This document shows positions 47,901 through 58,552 of a stretch of DNA of 64,000 bases, piece after piece. Source of the stretch: Amphiscolops sp. MND2022 (taxonomy: Eukaryota); NCBI GenBank assembly GCA_964187785.1, contig OZ076410.1, positions 83,452,001-83,516,000 of the forward strand. Reading direction: 5' to 3'. Position 1 is the stretch's first letter; each line of letters begins with the position of its first letter. The translations under genes and the position numbers were made by a program. The notes under the pieces were generated by a model. The model was not told the origin of the DNA. It saw only the letters and a list, made by a program, of their open reading frames with translations, and searched no databases.

Positions 47901-48973
47901 CATTGCGCATACCAAAAGACCAAACCACACCATCAAACCAACATAACCAAGAATGGAAAAGTTAAACTACCATCTAGAATAAAAGGATACTAACGAGCAA
48001 CAAACGGCTCCACAGTCCGGGTCTCCAGTTCACCAGCAACAACCTCTCCCAGATGCGCGACCTGCTGACGAGACAAATGACCAACACCCTCATCACTGGT
48101 GACGATCTCGAAGCTGCGTTCCTGCTCTTTGGGAGGCATTAGGGTCACGCGACGTCGCTTCCCAGACGAATTCTTAGCAGCCACGGCCGCAACACCACTA
48201 ACTACAACAACAAGAAACCCATAAATACCCCACGAGGAAAACACAACAACCCACCCAACAAAAAGAGAGGGAAAAAGAAGGAAAGAAGAAAGGAAAAGAA
48301 GAATTTTAACCTCGTGTAGGTGACTGTGTAGGTGTCAGCTGCTTAGGACTACCACTGTAATGAGGAAGAAAAGCACTGAAGCGAGGAGATGTCGTCGCAT
48401 TCACTCCAGTCTCTGCCTCAGACATTCCTTCCCCTCCAACTACCTTCTTTTCTCCGGGGGGACAAGCAATCTCACCTCCGTGAGATGGAACAACTACAGT
48501 CGCAGCCTCAGAAGGAACACCCCCAGCAGCAAAGCACTTAAGGTCAGGCAACAACTGCGACAAGGGAACGTCGAGCCCTTCGGTTTCAGTGTCTTCGGCA
48601 GCAATTTGACCCTCTGGCGGGTCAACCAAGAGAACATCACCAGTTGACTGATCAACAGCCAAGGTATCAGCAGTAGCTCCAGAAGCTGGCAAATAGGCTT
48701 CCTGTACAGGAAGTGGCACTAAAACATCATTTCGAATATCGGCGCGCCAGAAAATCTAAGCTATGGAAGTGTGATGCAGAAAAGGCCTAACTGTAATCAA
48801 CATACTATCCATGAAAGCTTAATGGATTGAGAAATGATGAACTCACCAGCAACTACTCGCCGAACCTCATCAGCGTCACTGTGGCGCACATCAGTCTCCG
48901 AAAAGACGAAGTTTGTTTCATTGCCACTCTGGGCTCCGGGATCATGGCGGGACGAAATGTGATCACCGTCCAT
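44946..48973 (-). CDS. Spliced antisense cargo gene, 7 exons, 1113 aa; zinc finger + hAT-transposase-like fold, catalytic motifs apparently lost
   Basis: Exons (minus) 48973-48847, 48718-48311, 48201-47995, 47871-47279, 47158-46538, 46404-46323, 46249-44946 total 3342 nt = 1113 codons + TGA. All six introns (73-133 nt) are GT-AG and phase-compatible. Contains CTIC-x15-H-x5-H (CTICGRDVSMETRGAGELARHFMGPRH). Confidence 0.85.
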
Positions 48974-49019
48974 CACAAACAGCAGTGAATCTGAAAACAG
49001 AACGAGGATGAAAACAACA

Positions 49020-49330
49020 ACCAAATTGACGTCATCATAACGGTGACAAACTTAAAGTTGGCAAACCACCAACGAAAATGACGCTGGCATAACGTCAGTA
49101 CCAAAAGTTGATTGGAAAATCAGCGAAATCGACGTCGGCATAACGTCGACAAAAAGGTTACTGGATTATTAATCCTATAATCTAAAATGACGTCATCATA
49201 ACGGTGACAAAACAAAAGCTAGCTAAGCTAGCGAAAATGACGTCAGCATAACGTTGACAAGTTTGGCTAAAGCGGATTAATTTAATTTGCAGCCAATAAA
49301 AACACGACGTTATCAAAACGTCAACACCTG
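49020..49330. promoter_or_regulatory. Array of ~6 TGACGTCA(T/G)CATAACG(G/T)TGACAA-like motifs between divergent ORFs; candidate bidirectional promoter
   Basis: Copies near 49025, 49078, 49130, 49187, 49237 and 49305, lying between the antisense ATG (48973) and the ORF3 ATG (49501). Confidence 0.55.
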
Positions 49331-49500
49331 TTAATTGGAAAGGATTAAAAGGATTAAAATGATTGTTTAACCAATCAGAATGAAGGGATTTATCCTGAAA
49401 TTCGCCTTAATCCAAAAAATAATCCTAAGTTCATTGTGGAACAGTCAACAAGTAGAATACAGCAGCACTGAAGACTACAGACTTAACAATAGCTACAAAA

Positions 49501-50214
49501 ATGAACGGACTCAAGAACGTCTATGAACTCATCGATATATCTTCAAGCGAAGATGAGGAGGAAATTCTGAAACGAGCTTCGACGCCCATTCCTCGCAAAA
49601 GTGTCCCCAACTATAGAATAATACTACAGATGTCACACTCGTCGAATGAAGCCACAGCGGACGAAGAGGAATGTTTCGACATCTCAACGGATTCCCTCGA
49701 GTCAAGCTGCAAAAAGCTAAAACTTAGTTCCAGCCTGGAATCAATTGAATCAGAGACGCACGCCCCGCAACAGGACCCTATAAGAATTCGGAAGGAAGAA
49801 CTGCCAGACAGCCCAGAAAGTCCCGATGAGAGCATGAGTTCCGATGTATTTGTAGTGGAAGAATCAACAGAGTCAGCCCAATCGATAACAAGCAGCAGAG
49901 TAGCAGAGTATATTGAAAAAATACACCAAGAGGACTCAGGCTCATACTTCAGCACACCTCCCGGAACGCCAAAGAAGATCAATTTCCGGCCCATAAGCCC
50001 GCTGAACGACTTAGAAGACCCAAGCTTCACCCGCTCGACAGCAGTTCACTATCCTGGCCCTCTCACAACAAACTTCATGATGAGACAACCTGGGAGAGCC
50101 GTTTTCCCCAGAGGAGTGGCCCTGTCACAGCCCGCTCCCGGTCTGGCGTGTGGCTGTCGTCAGATGAAAATAGGACGGGGACATGGCTGCAACCTCAGAT
50201 TCCCGAGATGGTAA
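49501..50214 (+). CDS. ORF3, 237-aa acidic/Ser-rich protein with a Cys/His C-terminal motif encoded in the 3' LTR
   Basis: Intact ATG-to-TAA ORF; last 30 codons inside the LTR; a colinear homolog exists at 1006-1759; no signal peptide or TM segment. Confidence 0.85.
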   Translation: MNGLKNVYELIDISSSEDEEEILKRASTPIPRKSVPNYRIILQMSHSSNEATADEEECFDISTDSLESSCKKLKLSSSLESIESETHAPQQDPIRIRKEELPDSPESPDESMSSDVFVVEESTESAQSITSSRVAEYIEKIHQEDSGSYFSTPPGTPKKINFRPISPLNDLEDPSFTRSTAVHYPGPLTTNFMMRQPGRAVFPRGVALSQPAPGLACGCRQMKIGRGHGCNLRFPRW

Positions 50215-52438
50215 CTCGTTAAATTTAAAACTTAATAAACTGTGACTAAAACATACGTCAGTGCTGCGCATGCTATAAAATGATAATAGAAAACAGAAAT
50301 CAAAATGAGCAAAATGATTTCACGCATTTCCGGCACGTCGTTCTTGTCTCGTCAAATTGGAAACATTCGCCACCTGAAAACTTAATTGAGGATACACATT
50401 AGAATAAAAGCCATAATCCGATCTAGATGAAAAATATCCAAAACAGTCTATCAGGAAAGAACACCAATAAGAACTAAAACAGGAAATACTTTGAGACGGC
50501 ACGCTGAATTATTTTACGCCTTTCTAAGAAAGGCGGCTTAATTGCACTCTGAACCGCAATCAATGCATAATAGGACGGTACCGCGCTGCTGAATAAACAA
50601 ATGTTGGTATTACACGCAATTTTCAATATTTGTAGTGACGCCATTGACACGTCGTTGACTAGTTAACTAACTAGAATTAATCTAAATTACTCGTCGCTAT
50701 GACGTCACAAACTAGGCAGCTAACCAGAACTTTATTCCAAATTGTGACGTCAGCACTTCGTCTTACTTGGTAGCTAGTCAGAAATTCATTCTAAAATATG
50801 CGTCAGCTACTCGTCAAACTTGGCAAGCTGTCAAGCTAGCTAAGAAACTTGTCGTTATGTTGTCGCAAATCCATCAAAATAACTGTTTTCATCCATCCAG
50901 ATTAACATGATGCGAGATGATTGTAACAGATTCTATGTAAACGATGCGCTCTTTTCAGACTAAAATGGGAAAAATACAAGGATATATCCACATTTTGTCG
51001 GGTAAATTATGACTAGATCAGAATCACTTAGGGACTAACTTAAAAGGAGAATTTTTCCACTTCTAATAGAACAAAAGTCACGGTTTATTTCCTAACACTA
51101 AACAAATGTCGATATTTTACTACCTGAGGTATTTTTATATATTTGCTGTAATTTGTGTCATAAAGCTGTTGTTGGATAAACCTTTGTACCATGAATTCAT
51201 CAATCCATTCTACAAGACGATGTCATTGCGTTGCCTTATATTTATACTCGGAAGATTTTGTACCTGTTAATGTTAATAAAACTAAATGCTATTCCTCCAA
51301 ACGAGATTGTTAATGCTAATGCAAGCTCATTTTACAATGCAGTTTAAAGTTGATGTTTAAAGTTTGTTCTGTTAAATTTGATTTGTAACCTTGTCGCACT
51401 AGTCACGACAAGCCAGAGTTGGGGCATACACTTGCATCTAGTTTGTTGAGGACTGTAAATTTAATTCAACCAAAAGATTGCGTCCCAAATTATTTCAAAA
51501 CCTTTTCCTAGCATCGTTCAAATAACCTTAATTTGAAATTAGTCATCACAATTCATCGAGTTGATTTCCAAATTGAATATTAGTTGTTCACGTCAGCGTC
51601 ACCTCAGCGTCATTTTTCCCGCGAACCAAGTCAGTAAAACAGGGAAATATTTCCGGTTTGACAGACTGAAGTAATATCTACTTCCTGCTTGGGAGGAAAG
51701 CAAAAGGACGCCGAGCTGAAATGATGTGATCATGGTTGATGACTAATGCTAGATTGGAATTGCCGTGTCTCAAAAATTGACGAAATGTCGACGCAAAATT
51801 GGGAACAAAATGATTTTTTTCATCGAAAATACAGGAAATGACTAATTGTTCGAGGAAAATTAGGATTTTAATCGTGATCAAATAAAGCTAGGAGGGTATA
51901 TATAGGATGATTTTCATTGACTCGGGGACTCAGTCTTTTGCAATTGTACAATTCAATTGAATTTTCAATTTCACTCTTGCCTTGTTTGTCAGAAAATCTT
52001 TGAAAGAAATTCAATTCTTCAAAATCAAACTTTTCTACAAAATGTCAACAACAAGAAGCCAAAAAAGAAGGAACGATCAGCAAAGCACCAGTGAGAACGT
52101 AAGTGAAGGCTTGATTTCACCCATAGTAGTAGGGAATCCTTGTTCTTCGAATCAGGACGATGAGGTAGCGGGGCCTTCTAAACCAAAATCCCCCAGGATC
52201 GAGAATAGTCTCCTTGAAAACTTAAGAGCTTCCTTAAAGGAAGAAATAACGTCAGAGATCAAAAATCTTCTTATCGAATCCCAGAAAGAGATGTTGAAAC
52301 TTCTTAAGCCTGAAACAAGAGGGAACGTTAGAGAAAATACCGAAGAAGAGGTAGAAGAGGAAACTAGGAGTTTCTATACTCCAACAAAATCAGTTAGGAT
52401 AAGTTCTATTCAAAACGACCCGATAATATGTCGTAACA
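50123..52438 (+). repeat. 3' LTR (2316 bp)
   Basis: Near-identical to 36471-38786 and followed by the TSD TATAT. Confidence 0.97.
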
Positions 52439-53020
52439 TATATAACATCGAAAAAAGACGCGGAAGGCAAATTTAATATTTCGAGATGATTTTTTGGAAT
52501 CATAAGAGGCTGTACATTTTGGGAATACAGTCTTCGTCTTCCAAAACACGTAGTCAAAACGAATCGCTTTGAAGATAGGCCTTTTGAAAATATATACCTT
52601 TCGTTCAAAATGCAGTGCAAGAATCAAACATCAAACGTTTAGAAAAATTTACGAGTTACCTTTTGCCACTTACCATCTTCTTCCAAGACATATCGGCTCC
52701 CTAATTTTTCGTGTAAAGCTCAGTTTTGCAAACTGGCCCTTCTTTTCTTCAGGTTAATTTGTCATCTTAATGCTATCCAAAGTTCTGTCTATACCATTTG
52801 TTTTGTTTCCAACATTCGACTTCGATTTTTTCCAGGTAGTACCTTGAAATTCTGGAGCCGAATTATCTTTCCAGAATTTCTAATCGAAAATGTTTTCTAA
52901 AATGAATTTTGACAGAACCTGAAAATTTCGGCTGAGCTGGGAATTGGACACATCAAACAAATTTGGCTTCTTCATCGGTCCAAAAATTGTTATCATCAAA
53001 ACGAATTGGGAAGCAATGTC

Positions 53021-53156
53021 ATATCTTGTGTTTGTACGAGACTATTCTGACTAAATATAGCAAAAAGTTGTTTTTCATTGATAGAGAATTCTCTATCAAT
53101 GAAAAACAACTTTTTGCTATATTTAGTCACAATAGTCTCGTACAAACACAAGATAT
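53021..53156. repeat. 136-bp spacer-less palindrome (68-bp arms, one mismatch) centred on GAATTC
   Basis: 53021-53088 is the reverse complement of 53089-53156 except at one position. Confidence 0.95.
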
Positions 53157-54780
53157 CTTGAGCTAATTTCAATTTTAGAACAAATTCTAGAACAACTAGA
53201 AGAAAATCTCAAAAAAAATTCTACAAAAAATCTTCTTAGAAAAACTTGATTTGAAAATAATACAAAATTTTGGGCATAATTTGGGCATACTCAATGTTTT
53301 TCACATAATTTTCTGTGGAAAACAACAATCATGATCGGATAATTACGACAAGTCGCCCGGTGAAGAGCGAGATATTTTCCGCCCAAACCTTTCTACAACG
53401 AAAAACTTGAGGCTCGAGAGTAGTTAATGCACTATGAAAATGCAAAAAAGTTCGAGGGAAAAAGTTTTGATTCAACTTCTTAGCCCATTTTCGAAGAAAA
53501 CGCCTGAATGATAAAGACGCTGAGTACCTAATGGATTTGTTGTTGAACTATGTGTATACCAATACCTAACATACCAAATTATTAGTCGACGCTTTTCTTC
53601 AGAAAGGAGCGACTATAGTCGTGGTTTTTTCTCAGCTTTTTTCTTTACACCTGATCTGTCCAAAATTGTTCTGCCAAACGTTCCAGGTAACTCCACACTG
53701 TCACATGGCCCGGATAAAGCAATTTTCATTTTTTGATGTTTTTTGTAAAGGAAATTTGTTTCCCGAGTCTTGAGGGTGGACTCTTTGTTACTTTCTGATA
53801 CTGTGGAACTGATGAGTTTCTTAATGATTGAGGAAAATACTTCTTTTTCAGCTTTTTTCGGCTCTTACCGAAACTTTCGTTTGGTCGAAAGGTACCTCCA
53901 CGTTTTCAAAACTATCCTCAGCTTGAGAAAAATTAGTTGTGCGAGCCGAATCTTTTTTCAGCACCATTGAACTTTTCCGGAAAAAGAACATTTTCAAAAA
54001 ATGATTTTTTATGATTATAGTTGGGGAAAATGGGTTTCCGAGTGAGTCTCTGAGACTTTAATAAAAACTTGGTAAAATATCTATAATATATTTGAAGAAA
54101 TTTTAACGGGGTGCCCACTTAAGTTAATTTTTCTCATTTTATTCATCAAAAATGTCAAAAAATGGAAGTTTTGACAAATTCGTCTTTTTTTGGGGTCAAT
54201 TTGAGGAACGTTTCTAACAAAAAACTACAGATGTCTCTTCTAAGAGGCCTACTGGAGACCGATATTAGTCCTTGTTGAATGTTCACACAATTTTCACCCA
54301 CGAAATAGCCTGAAATTTGTACGAACAGAAGGTATTAAAACCTAAAAAAACCTTATGATTTCCAAGTCATTCTGAGGTTTTCTTCCTACATGGCAAACTG
54401 CAAATACTTTTTCCTTTAGAATTCGTACTGCAACGCTGGGGGATTTCCTTGGAGTTTATTGAATAAAAAATATTCGACCAAGGTGCCAAAAAGACAATTG
54501 AACGTTATCGAGTTTACTCTTTAGAATTTCTGATCGTGGATTGAACAAAAATTGGGATGAATTTATCAAAACACGTGTTTTCTTATTTCGAGAGATTTGG
54601 GTTCGATGCTAACACGAATATGCTGTTACTTTTTCAACAACTCCTTCTGAATACCGGCATCAGTCATTGCTGGAATTTAAAACCATTGTATGCAAAGAAA
54701 TTGCTCAAACATTGAACAAAAAACCACATAAAATTAGTCAAAAACTTGAAAATTCTGAGTTTTTCAAATACACCATTTGC

Positions 54781-54910
54781 AATTCGAGTGAGAGAAAAGG
54801 TTCATTCAAGTGAGTAAAAAAGCACATTCAAGTGAGAACATGCCGTAAGTGACATTCAAGTGACAAATCGAACATTCTAGTGAGAGAAAACGGAAATTCA
54901 AGTGAGAGTG
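54781..54910 (+). repeat. Six to seven ATTCAAGTGA(G) motifs spaced ~20-30 bp apart
   Basis: Read directly; lies just upstream of the Tc1-like remnant. Confidence 0.65.
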
Positions 54911-54999
54911 TTCATGCCTTTTTCAAAGCCTCCCTGAAGTTTTTCATTCTGAACAACTACTCGTCCAAAGCATCGCCGCAGAATATGGGATTGTGTATT

Positions 55000-55411
55000 A
55001 TGAGATATACAAAGGGAGCATGACCATGTCCAGATAACAACGACTCGTTAGCTTATGTTGTGGAAATCTAGTAGCGGAAAATGTGTCAGCATACCTCATT
55101 TTCTATAACGCACCAGCCATCGTGACATTGATTTGCTGATTATGGATCAAATTAGATTCAGACGTTCGCTAAAGTACAGTCCATTTTTGAACCCCGTGGA
55201 AAATGCCATTTCATGCTGGAAATGTGAGTTCAAGACTCAGCTCTCATTAGGGCAAAACGAGTTCATTGAGATGGCACCTAATGGAGGAACGCTGGCCGAT
55301 CAGAGATTCAATTTGCTTTCAGAGATAATAGAATCTACCAGCGTTCCTCTTACCGAACTTTCTACCCTAAAATATACAAATTTCTCTTTGAAAAGCGTGG
55401 TGCGAAACTAA
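55000..55411 (+). pseudogene. IS630/Tc1-mariner-like transposase C-terminal remnant
   Basis: YSPFLNPVENAISCWK matches the YSP.LNPIE..(F/W)S..K motif; upstream LIF.NAP resembles the degenerate DN..H motif. Confidence 0.55.
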
Positions 55412-57600
55412 TTATATTATGTATTCCTTTCCGAAGCTTTCCTCTTTCCGAAAAATTCTAACATCAAAGAAAGTCACTGAAAATATCAAAACGCGAGAAA
55501 AATTTGATTTTTCGACTTTTTGAAGTCAATTTTGGGCATTTTCTAACAGAAGTTTGCATATATGTCTTCGGAAAAGCCTACTAGATAACGCGTTCGGTCG
55601 TTTCTGAACGTTTCCACACTTCTCACTCCAAAAAAATTCAAAAAGTACACATGAGTTGCGAAAAATTATGAAGATGTTGAATTTTTTTGGAGTTTTACAC
55701 TCATTTGGTTGGAATCATACTGAAGTTTTAAAGCATAACGTTGAAAGGTTTTTTTTCAAACTCGCTTACTGCACAGCTAATTCTTTTAGTTTGCAAACTT
55801 TGGATACTTCTAACCCTTGAAATCTCTCGGAAATTCATCAAAAATTGCATGAAAACGACAAATATTTGAAAATTTTGTATTTTCTACATTTCCCGGGTCA
55901 TATAGGAATTTTTTTATCACGTGTATGGATAATATGACAAAAATTGTTTAAAACACTGTGAAAATCAGAAAATTATGGATTTTCTGTCATTTTCGATGCC
56001 AATTTGAGATACTTTTGAATAAAAAACTTTTTTTTCTTTTCATAAAAGACTACTGGGCTCTACGAATTCTTGCCTTGTTGAACGTTTCCATCATTCTAAT
56101 CCTCGATGCTTATCAAATGTTTGACAAAAATTGCATAAAAACCTTGAAAATTGGGAAATTTTGGAATTTGTTTTGTTTTCGGGGTCATTTTGGGTCATTG
56201 TGGTGTCCTTTTGGTCATACCCAAAAAGTTCTAAAATCTTCACGAATACTCATTGCACGGAGCCTAACTTATGTGAGTTGAATTTCATGGGTGACACCCT
56301 TCACTTTGAGTATAAATTTGAAACATGGCAAAGATTTTAAAAAAAACCGTTTGAGATAAATCTTTTTCCTTTCCCTTATGGAATATGGGCGGTAGATAAT
56401 GAAGAATTTGAATGAAATGTCTTAGTGGGAGTACATAGTTTGTACTACTTGAACATTTTGAATCTCACGGTTGAAGCATTACAAACGCATTAATGTTTCT
56501 GTCTTGTGGAGATAAACCTTGTTGGCGCAATGACTTATCGTCTTATTGACCCTTGGGATTTTCCAAAATGTAACATCCCTTGTTGAACTTGCTTGAACTT
56601 TTTATTTGTTTTTTAAAGTTGCCAGCAACTTTTTCAATGATTTTGTAAATCTCATGCGAAAACTTTAAAGCGTTATTATTTCTCTGTTGTCATCAAGTTT
56701 TATCAAGCTGTTTGAAAGAATCATCAAAGGTTCGGTAAGTTTTATTATGCATCAGTTCTAATTTCAAATGCATCTGAGACGTCAAAAATTTTGCCACTAT
56801 TTTAATGCAAATTAACTTCATTCACAATGTAGACAACAAACTAGCGTCATTTATAGCGTCCTGTTTGGAAAGCGGTGATTAAATCAGATGAGTAGTTGAA
56901 AATTAATGTGTGAATACAACATGATCATGTCCGTAAAGAAGTGGGATTCATTTTCAAATTTAGTTGCAGTATTGGAGAATGCAGTGTAACTGTACAAGAT
57001 TTACCACCGGATGCTTACTGAAATTTCTGGGTTTTTTTAAAAATTACCCTGGATACATGCCTGCAGCATGTAAAAAGTTCAAGCCCTTGAAAAGGTTACC
57101 AAGCAAACTGATCACAAAACGCGAATTCTTCAACTTTTACTACGTGAAGATAATGTTTTGATGATTGATTTACAATTGTTTTCCGCAGTTCATTGAAAAA
57201 AAAACATTTTCAAAAGTAGTGTTTAAAATGAGAGTGAAAGAACGGTGTCAAGGTTTGGGCATACACAAAAATTGAGGAAGTTTTTCTTCTGACCTCTAGT
57301 TTGGCTCTTTTCTGTTTCTTTGAAGAACAATAAAAGTACCTTGGTAAAGTACAATTTCGTGCGTGGATTCCTAAAGGACCCCGTAAAAATTTTGTCGACA
57401 CCAAACATAAAAATTGAGAAACATGCACAAAAAGCACGCATTTTCGAACATGAGAACTATCAACTGTTATATGGAGCGGTTCTTTTCTGCCCCAACCCCC
57501 CCCCCCCACCACCAAACTTTTTGAAAATAACTTTCCTTAAAAACTTTAGACTAGCCTAATTAAAAGTAAAACCTTCTTGCAGAACAGGAAGTTAACTTCT

Positions 57601-57802
57601 ATTAGTGTACTTTTCCGCTTGAACAAAACATTGTTCACACATTTTGATAATAATTATGTTCGTATTTAGTGTTTATTGATGACTCAAAACAGGAAGCTGT
57701 TGATTTCTTCATTAAAAATGCGTAACTACATAGGGAAAAAGTGTGAACAAAGTTTGTATCTGAATCCTAAACTATCACCATGAGAATAAATTTAAAACTG
57801 AA
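57601..57802 (+). repeat. ~200-bp dispersed repeat; second copy at ~60215-60413
   Basis: Direct copies share long identical stretches, e.g. GCGTAACTACATAGGGAAAAAGTGTGAACAAAGTTTGTATCTGAATCCTAAACTATCACC. Confidence 0.8.
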
Positions 57803-58552
57803 GCTTTCTGGTTTGTATTCAAGTCGATTTGTTATAAGATTTTCACAAATTTTCCAAACAGAAAAGAGCCTCTAGTTTTTCAGATGTTGCTTGACGAAGT
57901 TAAAAAAAATTCATATTTTTGCAAAATATCCTATTCTCAATGTAAGACAACAATTAATTTTTCCATTCAATTTGAAAACAAAAACTGTTGTTGTATATGT
58001 TGTCAACATCTGAGAAACGTTTGCCACTGCAACTTTTTGTCGAATGCATTTCCAAAGAAAATTGTGCTTATGAAGTTTTTGCCTAGTATAATAGCTGTCT
58101 TTAGCTTTATAGTACCATAGTGTATCTATTCTCCTAGTTTGGAAGGCGCAACGACTGTAATTTTCGAGTCTTGAAAATTAAATTATTTTCGAATAATTCA
58201 TAGTCGGGAAGAGTGAAAAATTTTTATTCCAACGGAACTCTTCTCGAAAAATTTTCCAAGTTAGGGGAAAACAGAAAAGAGCAAAAAAAACTTTTTTCGA
58301 AGCGTATTTTCGAATGATTTATGAAGTGATTTAAAGTTTACTATGAGATTCATTATTATACTATATATACTTTTTGATGTCGTTTCAATTTGGAATATAG
58401 GATCAAATAGAAAGAATTTCGCGATGTTGGGAATCTCCGAATTAAACTAATCATCTAAATTTGAATTATTTTTCACCAGATTTTTGCGAGATGTCATTAA
58501 GTAGAAAGCAGAAAAGTGTGATCAATACTTAAAATTTTAAGCCATATGAGTC

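Larger units (their letters stand above)
36471..52438 (+). mobile_element. Full-length 15,968-bp Ty3/Gypsy LTR retrotransposon with gag, pol, a spliced antisense gene and ORF3
   Basis: Two 2316-bp TG...CA LTRs at constant offset 13652; 5-bp TSD TATAT (36466-36470, 52439-52443); PBS; PR-RT-RH-INT domain order. Confidence 0.97.

Noticed and set aside
44758-49500. Antisense gene as a simple nested hAT insertion inside the Gypsy element
   Set aside because: No TIR pair or 8-bp TSD was visible in the 188-bp and 527-bp flanks, catalytic motifs look lost while the ORF is intact, and composition follows the retroelement. Not fully excluded without a consensus.
49501-50214. ORF3 as an env gene
   Set aside because: No signal peptide, furin site or transmembrane segment; short and acidic/low-complexity.
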